Source of the DNA: Deltaproteobacteria bacterium
Lineage (GTDB): Bacteria; SAR324; NAC60-12
NCBI GenBank assembly: GCA_038150265.1
Contig: JAYOTF010000024.1
Location: 1-50,147 of the forward strand
Length of the DNA stretch: 50,147 nucleotides
Direction: 5' to 3'
The notes under the pieces are model-generated. The model did no database searches. It had not been told where the DNA came from and was given only the letters and a program-made list of their open reading frames with translations. The translations under genes and the position numbers were made by a program. Positions 37,510 to 46,716 of this stretch are shown here, piece after piece (the first letter of the stretch is position 1; every line of letters starts with the position of its first letter).

Positions 37510-38985
37510 ATGGCACAGAAGCAGTTCATTGCCGTGGACCTCGGCAGTTCCAGCGGCAGCATCCAGCTCGGCACCTTCAACGGCACGCACCTCCGCATTG
37601 AGGAGTGCCATGAGTTTGTCAACACTCCCGTCCGCTACGCCACCTCCTGGCACTGGAACGTGCACACCCTCTGGAACAACCTCCTCGAGGGCCTGCAGAA
37701 GGCCTGCGCCCAGGGCACTCCGGAGGCGCTCGGCATTGCCACCTGGGGCGTGGACTTTGGCCTGCTGGACCGCACCGGCGAGTTGCTCGGAGGCCTCCGG
37801 ACGCACCGTGATCCTCGTACCGAAGGCGCCTACGACTGGGTCTTTGAACGCGTCTCTCCGGAAGCCCTCTACGACCAGACCGGCATCCTCTTCCTGCCCA
37901 TCAACACCCTCCCGCAACTGGCCACCGACCTCCGGGACCGTCCCGAAGTGGTCGAAGCCGCCGATGCCCTGCTGATGCTTCCGGACCTGTTCAACTACTT
38001 TCTGACCGGTGAGCAGGTGAACGAGCGCACCTCCGCCTGCACCACGCAGCTGCTGGACGTCCGCAAGCAGGTGTTTGCGGAAGAGCTGATGACGCAGCTG
38101 GGGCTGCCGCCTCGCCTGACGCGTCCGCTGGTTGACCCCGGCTCTCGCATCGGCCCCCTGCAGGCGTCGCTGCGACAGCGCCTGGAGCTTCCGGACCTGA
38201 GTGTGCTGGCCACGGCCAGTCACGATACCGCCGCCGCAGTGGCTGCTGCACCAGTCGCGTCCGGACAGTCCCTGGCCTTCATCAGTGCTGGAACGTGGTC
38301 GCTGCTTGGGGTGGAACGCGACACGCCGGACCTCAGTGCTGCGTCACGGCAGGGGAACTTTTCCAACGAAACCGGGGTCAACCGCAAGATCCTCTACCAG
38401 AAGATCCTCTGTGGCCTCTGGCTCGTTCAGGAATGCCGCCGGAGCTTTGCCCGCAACGGAGAGACCTTCAGCTTTCCGGAGTTGATGGCCCTTGCCGAAA
38501 CCGGAACCCCGCACACCTTCTGGTTTGATCCGGACCATCCGGACTTCCTCAACCCCGATGACATGCCCACGGCCATCCGGAGCCACCTGCAGGCTCAGGG
38601 GCGTCCGGTTCCGGAAAACAAGGCGGACCTGCTCCGAGGCGTGTATGAAAGCCTGGCCCTCAACCACGCCTTCACGTTGCAGCACATCGAGTCCCTCCTC
38701 GGCGAGCGCAATGAGGCGCTGCACATCGTCTCCGGAGGCTCGCAAGCGGCCTTGCTCTGCCAGCTGACCGCCGATGCCCTGGGGCGTCTGGTGGTGGCGG
38801 GTCCGGGGGAGGCCACCATCTGCGGCAACCTGCTGGTTCAGCTGATGGCTGCCGGAGAGCTTGGCAGCCTCGAAGACGGCCGGGCGCTGATCCGGACCTC
38901 CTTTCCGCCCGTGCATTACGAGCCTCGGCCCAGCGCCGCCTGGCAAGACGCCCTGCACGCCTTCACGCAGCAGCGCTCCGCCTGA
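37510..38985 (+). CDS. rhaB: Rhamnulokinase/fuculokinase-like FGGY kinase
   Basis: AVDLGSSSG, TWGVDFGLLD, TGI.F.PINTL.QL, SHDTAAAV, SAGTWSLLG, FSNE.G, GLWLVQE, ESLAL, GPGEAT..GN. Confidence 0.88.
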   Translation: MAQKQFIAVDLGSSSGSIQLGTFNGTHLRIEECHEFVNTPVRYATSWHWNVHTLWNNLLEGLQKACAQGTPEALGIATWGVDFGLLDRTGELLGGLRTHRDPRTEGAYDWVFERVSPEALYDQTGILFLPINTLPQLATDLRDRPEVVEAADALLMLPDLFNYFLTGEQVNERTSACTTQLLDVRKQVFAEELMTQLGLPPRLTRPLVDPGSRIGPLQASLRQRLELPDLSVLATASHDTAAAVAAAPVASGQSLAFISAGTWSLLGVERDTPDLSAASRQGNFSNETGVNRKILYQKILCGLWLVQECRRSFARNGETFSFPELMALAETGTPHTFWFDPDHPDFLNPDDMPTAIRSHLQAQGRPVPENKADLLRGVYESLALNHAFTLQHIESLLGERNEALHIVSGGSQAALLCQLTADALGRLVVAGPGEATICGNLLVQLMAAGELGSLEDGRALIRTSFPPVHYEPRPSAAWQDALHAFTQQRSA

Positions 38986-39134
38986 CCTCTCCGAATCGCG
39001 CTTGTGGTTTATGGCGCTCCCACCCACTCTATCAAGAGGACAGGAGCCCGCCTGCTGTCCCCCCGCGTTTCACAACCCATCTTCACCCGACTTGACTGGC
39101 GCCTCCGCCTCCGCTCTACGTCTTAGAACACCAC

Positions 39135-39974
39135 ATGCTCACCTCCAGCCTGGGAAAGTACCTTGCGCCCACGTCTTTGGGAGCGGCGTATGCCGTGGCC
39201 AAAGCCCTTGCGCTCCGTCTGGTCAATGAAGAGTGGGCCCTGCAGTCGGACTTCACGATGCAGTTCCTCGCTGGGGTGCTGATTGGTTTCTCGGTGCGTC
39301 CGCTGGTGAAGAATGTCTACTGGCGCTGGTCCTCGGCCTTCCTCGTCTTCAGCACCCTCTTGCTGCTGCTGGGGCCTGTGGGCAAGTTTTGGGACTGGGT
39401 CACCTTTCGGAGTTGGCCAGATGATGAGGCGTTGCTGCGCCTGGGCATCGAGACCGTCGCCCTGCTCTTTGTGGCCCTGGTGGCTCCGGTGCTCATTCCG
39501 CCGCCACAGAGCGTGGTGACAGTCCGGATCCTCCGCAAGCGCATGCTCCGGGACCGCAGCTGGGGCGACGTGGTGCGGTTTCTTGGGGCGGGATTGATCT
39601 TTGCGCTCCTCACCGTGTTGGTCCGTGAGGCGTTTCAGGAAACGGGCGCGACCCTTGGTTTTCAGGAACGGCTGGAGCTGGTCCTGAACACGGCCCCGTG
39701 GACCCCTTGGGAAAAGCTGGGGCTGCTCTGGTTGGAAGGCCTGGCCGTGACGCTGGTGCTCCTTGCCCTCATCAGCGTCTACCTGCGGGGCCTGGTTGAA
39801 CTGACGGTGGTGGTGGGCTCCCTCGTTTTTGTCGCCTCCGACTTTGCCCCCGCCTTTGCGAATTTCAACGACATCTCCCCCCTTCTGCTGACGGAGCAGG
39901 TGTTTGAGGGCATGCTCCGGAGCTTCGGACACGTCCTCGCCGTGCTCTTCCTGCTCAAGCAAGCTGAGGATTGA
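39135..39974 (+). CDS. Hypothetical integral membrane protein (~8 TM)
   Basis: Hydrophobic 279-aa ORF with host-like codon usage; no family recognised. Confidence 0.7.
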   Translation: MLTSSLGKYLAPTSLGAAYAVAKALALRLVNEEWALQSDFTMQFLAGVLIGFSVRPLVKNVYWRWSSAFLVFSTLLLLLGPVGKFWDWVTFRSWPDDEALLRLGIETVALLFVALVAPVLIPPPQSVVTVRILRKRMLRDRSWGDVVRFLGAGLIFALLTVLVREAFQETGATLGFQERLELVLNTAPWTPWEKLGLLWLEGLAVTLVLLALISVYLRGLVELTVVVGSLVFVASDFAPAFANFNDISPLLLTEQVFEGMLRSFGHVLAVLFLLKQAED

Positions 39975-40091
39975 GCCCCTCATGACGCTCTCCTCCCTCA
40001 AGCGCCCGGGCGCAGCAACGGGGAGCACGTTGCCAATTGATGGAGAGGCTCATGGGAGGCATGACGGATTTTCCCTCTAGACGCGCGAGGC

Positions 40092-40985
40092 TTACCGCTG
40101 CTGGAAGCCCTCGTCTTCCCAGGTGAGGAAGCGGGTGCCGATCACCTCGGCCGTGTCGTTGACCACCACAAACGCGTTCGGATCGGTCTCAAAGAGGTAC
40201 TGCTTCAGCCGTCCCAGTTCCAGCAGGTTGATGACGGTGTAGATCACGCGTTTCGGCAGATGCGAGTGCGCTCCTTCTGCCAAAAAGAACGTGGCCCCGC
40301 GGTCAATCTTCCGGATCGCTCCCTCCAGCACCTCCTCAGGCTTCTCCGTGATGATGAACACGGATTTGCGCTGCGAGAACCCCGTCAGCACGCGCTGCAT
40401 CGTCCATGAAAACACGTACATGTAAATGCCGGTGTAGAGGGCAATGTCGAGGTTGTAGAGAACAGCGTTCGTGACAATGATGAGGAAGTTGACCAGGTTG
40501 AAGGTGGTGCCAATCGGAATCGCAAAGCGCTTCTTCAGCACGGTCCCCAGAATGTCCATGCCTCCAAGTGAGCCTCCGACGCGCAGGTACAGTCCGGAAC
40601 CCACCCCACTCAGCACGCCTCCCAAAATGGCTGCCAGCAGCGGGTCCTTGGTGTCGATCGGCACCTGGACCCACTCCAGGGTGACGGAATAGATCACCAT
40701 GCCCAGGGTGCTGATCACGATGTACCGGAGGGAAAACTCCCGGTAACCGATGATGAAGATGGGGATGTTGATGAGGGTGTAAAGCATCCCCAGCGAAAAC
40801 TGGGGCGAGAAGGCATAGATCAGCAGGGCCAAACCGGTGGCGCCTCCGGCAAAGAAATTCTGTGGCACCAGGATGCCGTTCACAATTGCGCTCACCAACG
40901 AACACCCGAGCCCCATCATCAGGGTGATGTTCCAAAATTTCCAGGTCCGCATATCGGCCATCAGCCGCTGAAACTCACTCTTCAT
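40092..40985 (-). CDS. YitT/DUF2179 family membrane protein
   Basis: GGATGLA, INIPIF, GGSLGGMD, RGATF..EG, DPNAFVVV. Confidence 0.9.
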   Translation of the reverse strand: MKSEFQRLMADMRTWKFWNITLMMGLGCSLVSAIVNGILVPQNFFAGGATGLALLIYAFSPQFSLGMLYTLINIPIFIIGYREFSLRYIVISTLGMVIYSVTLEWVQVPIDTKDPLLAAILGGVLSGVGSGLYLRVGGSLGGMDILGTVLKKRFAIPIGTTFNLVNFLIIVTNAVLYNLDIALYTGIYMYVFSWTMQRVLTGFSQRKSVFIITEKPEEVLEGAIRKIDRGATFFLAEGAHSHLPKRVIYTVINLLELGRLKQYLFETDPNAFVVVNDTAEVIGTRFLTWEDEGFQQR

Positions 40986-41147
40986 GCCTCATCCATCTCC
41001 ATGGCGAAACAGGGAGGTTCCTCCCCTGACGTTTTGATTCGATCTGGCCATGATACGACATGCGGCACCAATCACCAGTGGCGAAATGACTTCCGGAAAC
41101 CGTCCTCTGCTTTCCGAGCCAGCCGGCTCACTGAACGCCTCCGCTCC

Positions 41148-41843
41148 TCAGGCCCGCCCCGTGCGTTGCCTCCAGCGTTGCAGCGCCTGACGCACCAGCC
41201 ACGGAACGAGTCCCAGCAGCACAAACGCGCCAATCAGAGTGGGGGACAGGATGTCGCCAAGGCTCTCGATTTTCGCCAGCTCCACCCCCGCGTTGACGTA
41301 CACCACGGTTCCCGGAAGCATGCCCACCTGGCTGACCCAGTAAAACGTCCGGGCTGGAATTCCAGTCAGGCCCATTCCGAGGTTGATGAGAAAAAATGGA
41401 AAGGCGGGCACCAGCCTGAGGGTAAACAGGTAGAAGCCTCCCTCGCGTGCCATGCCCTCATTGAAGCGCGCCAGCGCCTGCCCCCACCGACGCTGCACCC
41501 CGTCTCGGAAGAGGAACCGCGCACTGAGCATGGCCACCGTGGCCCCGAGGCTGCTGGCAAACGACACCAGCAGCACCCCCCAGCCCAGCCCAAACAGCGC
41601 TCCCCCCGCAAGCGTCAGAATGACCGCCCCCGGAAACGAGAACGCCGTGACCACCGTGTAAAGGACGAAGTAGGCGCCCAGGCTGCCCCACGGATGCCGT
41701 TGCTGCCACTGCTCCAGGGCACTCCGAGACGCCTGCAGCGCCTCCAGCGTCAGCCAGTGGTGGAAGCCTCCAGCAAAGAAAGCGGCAAACGCTCCCGCGA
41801 TTCCCAGCACCAGTACCAGACGACGAACCCAGAATGAAGACAT
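41148..41843 (-). CDS. DedA/TVP38 (SNARE-associated, VTT) membrane protein
   Basis: PGAVILTLAGGALFG, GATVAML.ARFLFRD, LRLVPAFPFFLINL.MGLT, SQVGMLPGT. Confidence 0.92.
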   Translation of the reverse strand: MSSFWVRRLVLVLGIAGAFAAFFAGGFHHWLTLEALQASRSALEQWQQRHPWGSLGAYFVLYTVVTAFSFPGAVILTLAGGALFGLGWGVLLVSFASSLGATVAMLSARFLFRDGVQRRWGQALARFNEGMAREGGFYLFTLRLVPAFPFFLINLGMGLTGIPARTFYWVSQVGMLPGTVVYVNAGVELAKIESLGDILSPTLIGAFVLLGLVPWLVRQALQRWRQRTGRA

Positions 41844-41861
41844 GTGATGGAGCTCCCAAAA

Positions 41862-43304
41862 TTAGCGGCGACGCCACGTGTGAAACCACTTGAGGAGGGG
41901 GAGCACGCCAGACGGCACATGGCGCTGCCGCCACCGCCCAGCCGCCAGCTTGCTCGACTCCGCCAGAGTGGGATAAGGATGAATCGTCCCCAGAATTCGG
42001 TTCAGCCCCAGCCCATGTTTCATGGCCAGGACGTATTCGGCCAGCAGGTCCCCCGCGTGTGCTCCGACGAGGGTCACCCCCAGCAGCCGATCCTTTCCCG
42101 GAGGCGTCAGGATCTTGAGGAAGCCCTGGTCCACCCGATCCGTAATGGCACGGTCCAGCTCAGCCAGGTCGAACCGGGTGACCTCATACGGCACCTGCTG
42201 GGTTTGGGCTTCCTGTTCGTTCAGGCCGACCCGTGCCACCTCCGGATCGGTGTAGGTGCACCACGGAACCGTCCGGTAGTCCACACGAAAGGCTTTCAGC
42301 GGTGAAAAGAGCGCATTGACGGCCGCGTACCACGCCTGATGCCCCGCGAGGTGCGTGAACTGGTACGGCCCCGCCACATCACCGCAGGCGTAGAGGCTGG
42401 GAATGCTGGAGCGCATCGTCGCATCCACCTGAATCGTCCCGTCGGCATTCAGGGCCACCCCGAGTTCCTCCAGCCCAAATCCGGTGGTGTTGGGCTGACG
42501 TCCAGTTGCGACCAGCAGGTGATCCCCTTCCCACACGGTCGGCTCGGCGTGTCCCGGTTCCTGAAGGGTCAGGCGCGTCCGGGTTCCCGCTGCTTGAGCG
42601 GCTTCAACCGTGCAGGCGTTGCGAACCGAAATGCCTTCGGCGTCAAATCGCTGCTCCATCCAGGCGCTCACCTCCGGATCCTCGCGGGACAGCAGGCGCG
42701 GGGCGGCATTGAACACCACCACCTCAGATCCCAGCCGGGCAAAGGCCTGGGCCAATTCGCAGCCGATGGGCCCTCCCCCGATCACCCCCAGCTTGCGGGG
42801 AAGGGTGCGCAGGTTCCAGAGGGTGTCCGAGGTGGAATACGCACACTCCGACAGTCCCGGAATTTCCGGAACCCGCGGACGGGCCCCGGTTGCGATCACG
42901 AGGGTCCGGGCGCTCAAGCGCTTGCCCTCCACCTCAACTTCGTGTGGCGACCGCACCTGAGCGGCTCCGGAGAAGCATTCCACCCCCAGGGAGGTGAAGC
43001 GTTCCACACTGTCGTTGGGAGCAATGCGGGCAATCGTGTCCTGCACCTGCTCCATGACACGCGCAAAGTCCACCGTCCCGGAGGCCTGGAGGCCAAAGCG
43101 ATCAGCGTTTTGCACCAGGTGCGCAACCTTTGCGCTGGCAATCAGCGCCTTGCTTGGCACACAGCCGGTGTTCAGGCAGTCGCCTCCCATGAGGTGCTTC
43201 TCAATGAGGGCCACCCGAGCCTGAGCCTTGGCGCCGACCAACGAGGTCACCAGTCCTGCTGCTCCGGCGCCAATGGCAATGAGGTTGTAGTCGTAGCGAC
43301 TCAT
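41862..43304 (-). CDS. Pyridine nucleotide-disulfide oxidoreductase (mercuric reductase/lipoamide dehydrogenase-like, DedA-associated type)
   Basis: IGAGAAG, GGDCLNTGCVPSK, GGGPIGCE, GDVAG, HPYPTLAE; no C-terminal Cys pair; start likely ATG 43304. Confidence 0.9.
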   Translation of the reverse strand: MSRYDYNLIAIGAGAAGLVTSLVGAKAQARVALIEKHLMGGDCLNTGCVPSKALIASAKVAHLVQNADRFGLQASGTVDFARVMEQVQDTIARIAPNDSVERFTSLGVECFSGAAQVRSPHEVEVEGKRLSARTLVIATGARPRVPEIPGLSECAYSTSDTLWNLRTLPRKLGVIGGGPIGCELAQAFARLGSEVVVFNAAPRLLSREDPEVSAWMEQRFDAEGISVRNACTVEAAQAAGTRTRLTLQEPGHAEPTVWEGDHLLVATGRQPNTTGFGLEELGVALNADGTIQVDATMRSSIPSLYACGDVAGPYQFTHLAGHQAWYAAVNALFSPLKAFRVDYRTVPWCTYTDPEVARVGLNEQEAQTQQVPYEVTRFDLAELDRAITDRVDQGFLKILTPPGKDRLLGVTLVGAHAGDLLAEYVLAMKHGLGLNRILGTIHPYPTLAESSKLAAGRWRQRHVPSGVLPLLKWFHTWRRR

Positions 43305-43461
43305 GCGGGCCTTCCTGTTTTGTCGATTCCTGAGCATCCTAACGGTATTCTAAGCCGATCCCGGGGCATTCCATGTTACCTTTCTGGTGAAAAAGTGTAT
43401 CGCGTTCTCCCATCCGGAGAAACGCCTCCTCTTTTTGGGCTCATCCCCGAAAGCGACCCGT

Positions 43462-44805
43462 ATGCCTGCATCCTCCTTGGCGCCTCCCCCCGTTCCCCTC
43501 CGCACGGCGCTCCGTTACTGGTTCCAGCTGGGCTTCATCAGCTTCGGAGGTCCGGCCGGTCAGATCAGCCTGATGCACGATGAGTTGGTGGTGCGTCGAC
43601 GCTGGATCTCGGAAAACCGCTTCCTGCATGCCCTCAACTACACCATGCTTCTGCCCGGTCCGGAAGCCCAGCAGCTCGCCACCTACCTCGGCTGGCTGAT
43701 GCACGGAGTCCGAGGGGGACTGGCCGCAGGGCTGCTGTTCATCCTCCCCTCGTTGCTGATCCTGATGGCTCTGACGTGGACCTACCTCGCGCTCGGGCAC
43801 CTTTCCGGAGTCGCAGGCCTCCTTTATGGAATCAAGCCTGCCGTGACCGCGCTGGTCGGTTTTGCCGCCTATCGACTGGGCTTCCGGACCTTAACCAGCC
43901 CCGCCCTGCAGGCCCTTGCGCTGGGAGCCTTCGTTGGGCTCTTTCTGTTCCAGCTACCGTTTCCGGCAATTGTCCTCACAGCCGGCTTACTGGGGTTGCT
44001 GGGGGCCCACGTGCTTCCGGAACAGTTTCAACGCTCGTCTTCGCCCTCACGTGCCGTTTCTGCTTCACCTTCCGCGTGGATTGACGATGCCACCCCGATT
44101 CCCGAGCACCTGCGTTTTCAACCGGCTCGCCTGATGCGCTGGGCGGTCCTGGGGTTCGGACTCTGGGGGGCCAGCCTGGGAGCCCTCCACACCCTCCTGG
44201 GTCCCGAACACCCACTGGCTCAGATGGGCGCCTTCTTCAGTAAAGCGGCGATGGTCACCTTTGGCGGAGCCTACGCGGTGCTGCCGTACGTCCATCAGGG
44301 GGGAGTCGAATCCTACGGGTGGCTCACCACTTCTCAAATGATGGACGGCCTCGCCCTCGGAGAGACCACTCCCGGCCCCTTGATCATGGTTGTGACCTTT
44401 GTGGGCTTTGTGGGTGGGTGGACCCGGGAGGTTTTCGGTCCCGGAGCGCTCGTCTGGAGCGGAATAGCGGGGGCCGGCGTGGCCACCTTCTTCACCTTCC
44501 TGCCTTCCTTTCTGCTGATTCTGCTCGGCGGCCCCTTTGTCGAGGCGACCCGTCAGGATCTCAAACTGGCAGGGCCCCTGACCGCCATCACGGCAGCGGT
44601 GGTTGGTGTCATCGTCAACCTTGCCGTCTTCTTTGCCACTCAGGTGTTCTGGCCCCAGGGCTTCTCCGGAGCGGTGGAGTGGCCGGCTTTGCTGCTGAGC
44701 GCCGGCGCCTTCCTGGCCCTCTCTCGCTTCTCCATCGGTGTCGTTCCCGTTGTGATCAGCTGTGCGGGGGCCGGATTCGGACTGGCAGCCGCTGGCTGGA
44801 TTTAG
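43462..44805 (+). CDS. chrA: Chromate efflux transporter (long-chain CHR)
   Basis: LGFISFGGPAGQI, LPGPEAQQLA, TFGGAYAVL, GETTPGPLI; two CHR halves. Confidence 0.93.
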   Translation: MPASSLAPPPVPLRTALRYWFQLGFISFGGPAGQISLMHDELVVRRRWISENRFLHALNYTMLLPGPEAQQLATYLGWLMHGVRGGLAAGLLFILPSLLILMALTWTYLALGHLSGVAGLLYGIKPAVTALVGFAAYRLGFRTLTSPALQALALGAFVGLFLFQLPFPAIVLTAGLLGLLGAHVLPEQFQRSSSPSRAVSASPSAWIDDATPIPEHLRFQPARLMRWAVLGFGLWGASLGALHTLLGPEHPLAQMGAFFSKAAMVTFGGAYAVLPYVHQGGVESYGWLTTSQMMDGLALGETTPGPLIMVVTFVGFVGGWTREVFGPGALVWSGIAGAGVATFFTFLPSFLLILLGGPFVEATRQDLKLAGPLTAITAAVVGVIVNLAVFFATQVFWPQGFSGAVEWPALLLSAGAFLALSRFSIGVVPVVISCAGAGFGLAAAGWI

Positions 44806-44974
44806 CCCCCTCCGTTTGCCCCCTCCAGCCTGCCTCGCTTCTTCCTCATCCAGCATCTCCCTCTAAGGAACTTTTGGATGAACTGATACAGGTGAAGGTT
44901 TTTAACAGGGCAATCGCATGAAACAACTGGCTAGCAGAATGGGCTTAGCGGTTGGTGGGGACTCTCGCTTGGGG

Positions 44975-45191
44975 GTCCTCCCAGCGCAGGCTGGGATCCA
45001 GCAAGAAGCCTTCGACAAGTCAGACACCAAAACTGAGTCATCCCAGCGCAGGCTGGAATCCAGCAAGAAGCCTTCGACAAGTCAGACACCAAACTGAGTC
45101 ATCCCAGCGCAGGCTGGGATCCAGTCCTTGACAGATACCGAACCGATGGCCTTCACTTCCTTGACGGGGTTCCCGCCTTCACGAGAAGGAC
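44975..45191. repeat. REP/dRS3-like palindrome cluster: three 27-bp copies at a 61-62 bp period plus a degenerate inverted copy
   Basis: GTC(A/C)TCCCAGCGCAGGCTGG(G/A)ATCCAG at 44975, 45037 and 45098, separated by near-identical 34/35-bp linkers; GGGGTTCCCGCCTTCACGAGAAGGAC at 45166-45191 looks like a decayed inverted partner. Confidence 0.85.
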
Positions 45192-45300
45192 GGACCTTTC
45201 GATCCATTCATGACTCCAGCGAGGAAACCTCTCCCACGAGTCACGACTGTTTTTTCAGGCTTAGCAGGGCTCTTTTCCTCGTGCGAAGTCTTTGGTTTTT

Positions 45301-45321
45301 AAATTTACATAATATAAATTT
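45301..45321. promoter_or_regulatory. AT-rich inverted repeat upstream of the ynjBCD-like operon (possible operator)
   Basis: AAATTTACAT-A-ATATAAATTT, 9 of 10 positions symmetric, inside a ~55-bp very AT-rich patch. Confidence 0.35.
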
Positions 45322-45489
45322 GAAAATTAAAATATTACTAAAATCCATCCCCCAGCAAAACGGGAGGCGCGCCCCTCGGCCTCCGGGTCCACCTTGCCTT
45401 GCAGTTCCTGAAGGGAGTGCCATCGTGTTCTCATGCGTCTGAAATCCGGGGCCTGCCCCTTTGCCTCATCCTTTTCCCAAGTTCTGCGG

Positions 45490-46716
45490 ATGCCTAACCT
45501 GATGCTTCTTCGCCGTGGCAAGCGGCTCGCGCTGGGGCTGATCACCAGCCTCCTTCTCCTCCTGACGGCCTCCCCCGTCCCTGCCGCTTGGCCAGACGTG
45601 GTGCAGGCCGCTCGGGGACAAACCGTGTACTTCAACGCGTGGGGCGGTTCCGAAGAAATCAATGCCTACCTCGAGTGGGTTGCGGAGCAGGTCGATGCCC
45701 GCTACGGCGTGACCCTGGAACACGTCAAGCTGGCCAACACCACAGATGCCGTCTCCCGGATTCTTGCGGAAAAAGCAGCGGGCCGGACCACCGGAGGCTC
45801 AGTGGACCTGATCTGGATCAACGGGGAGAACTTTGCCACCATGAAGGAAAACGGTTTGCTGCATGGCCCCTTCGTCGAGCAGCTTCCGAACTTTGCCCTC
45901 GTTGATGTCACGGGGAAGCCGACCACGGTTCTCGATTTTCATGTGCCGGTGGACGGCCTGGAAGCGCCCTGGGGCATGGCGCAGTTCAACTTCGTCTATG
46001 ACTCCACGCGCCTCACCACGCCTCCCACGAGCATGGCAGAGCTGCTGCGCTGGGCCCAGGCGCACCCCGGACGTCTGAGCTACCCACACGTCTCGGATTT
46101 CCTCGGGTCTACCTTTTTGCTGCAGGCCTTGCTGGAGCTGACTCCGGATCCGTCGGTACTGAGCGCGCCGGTGCAATCGGATGAGCAATTGGCCCAGCTC
46201 ACGGCGCCGCTCTGGGCGTACCTCGACCAGCTGCACCCGGCTCTGTGGCGCAACGGACAGGACTTCCCCGCCAACAACGCCCTCCAGCGTCAGATGCTGG
46301 ACAACGGCGAGCTCGACATCAGCCTCTCCTTCAACCCCGCCGACACCTCTGCCGCCATTGCCAGTGGCGCCCTTCCGGAAACGGCACGGACCTTTGTCCT
46401 CAGGCAAGGGACCATCGGCAACACGCATTTTGTCGCCATCCCCTTCAACTCGTCCGCCACAGAAGCGGCTCAGGTCGTCGCCAACTTCCTGATGAGTCCG
46501 GAAGCTCAAGCGCACAAGCAGGATCCACGCGTGTGGGGAGATGGCACCGTTCTGGACCTGAAGCAGCTGACGCCAGAAGACCGGGCCCGCTTTGACGCCC
46601 TTCCACGAGGCGTGGCCACCCTCTCTCCTGAAGAACTGGGCACCGTCCGCCCCAATCCCCACCCGGATTGGAAGAACCGCATTGATGCCGAATGGCTGCA
46701 GCGCTACGGGCAGTGA
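45490..46716 (+). CDS. ynjB: ABC transporter substrate-binding protein, YnjB-like
   Basis: ARGQTVYFNAWGG, GSVDLIWINGENF, DFHVPVDGLEAPWG, DFLGSTFL, GTIGNTHFVAIPFN; signal peptide; start uncertain (45433 or 45490). Confidence 0.88.
   Translation: MPNLMLLRRGKRLALGLITSLLLLLTASPVPAAWPDVVQAARGQTVYFNAWGGSEEINAYLEWVAEQVDARYGVTLEHVKLANTTDAVSRILAEKAAGRTTGGSVDLIWINGENFATMKENGLLHGPFVEQLPNFALVDVTGKPTTVLDFHVPVDGLEAPWGMAQFNFVYDSTRLTTPPTSMAELLRWAQAHPGRLSYPHVSDFLGSTFLLQALLELTPDPSVLSAPVQSDEQLAQLTAPLWAYLDQLHPALWRNGQDFPANNALQRQMLDNGELDISLSFNPADTSAAIASGALPETARTFVLRQGTIGNTHFVAIPFNSSATEAAQVVANFLMSPEAQAHKQDPRVWGDGTVLDLKQLTPEDRARFDALPRGVATLSPEELGTVRPNPHPDWKNRIDAEWLQRYGQ

Noticed and set aside
41862..43304. Mercuric reductase merA / mer operon
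   Set aside because: No C-terminal Cys-Cys pair, no NmerA domain, no merR/T/P nearby.
44975..45124. CRISPR array
   Set aside because: Repeat and spacer sizes fit, but the two spacers are essentially identical, no cas genes are present, and the repeat matches a REP/dRS3-like palindrome.
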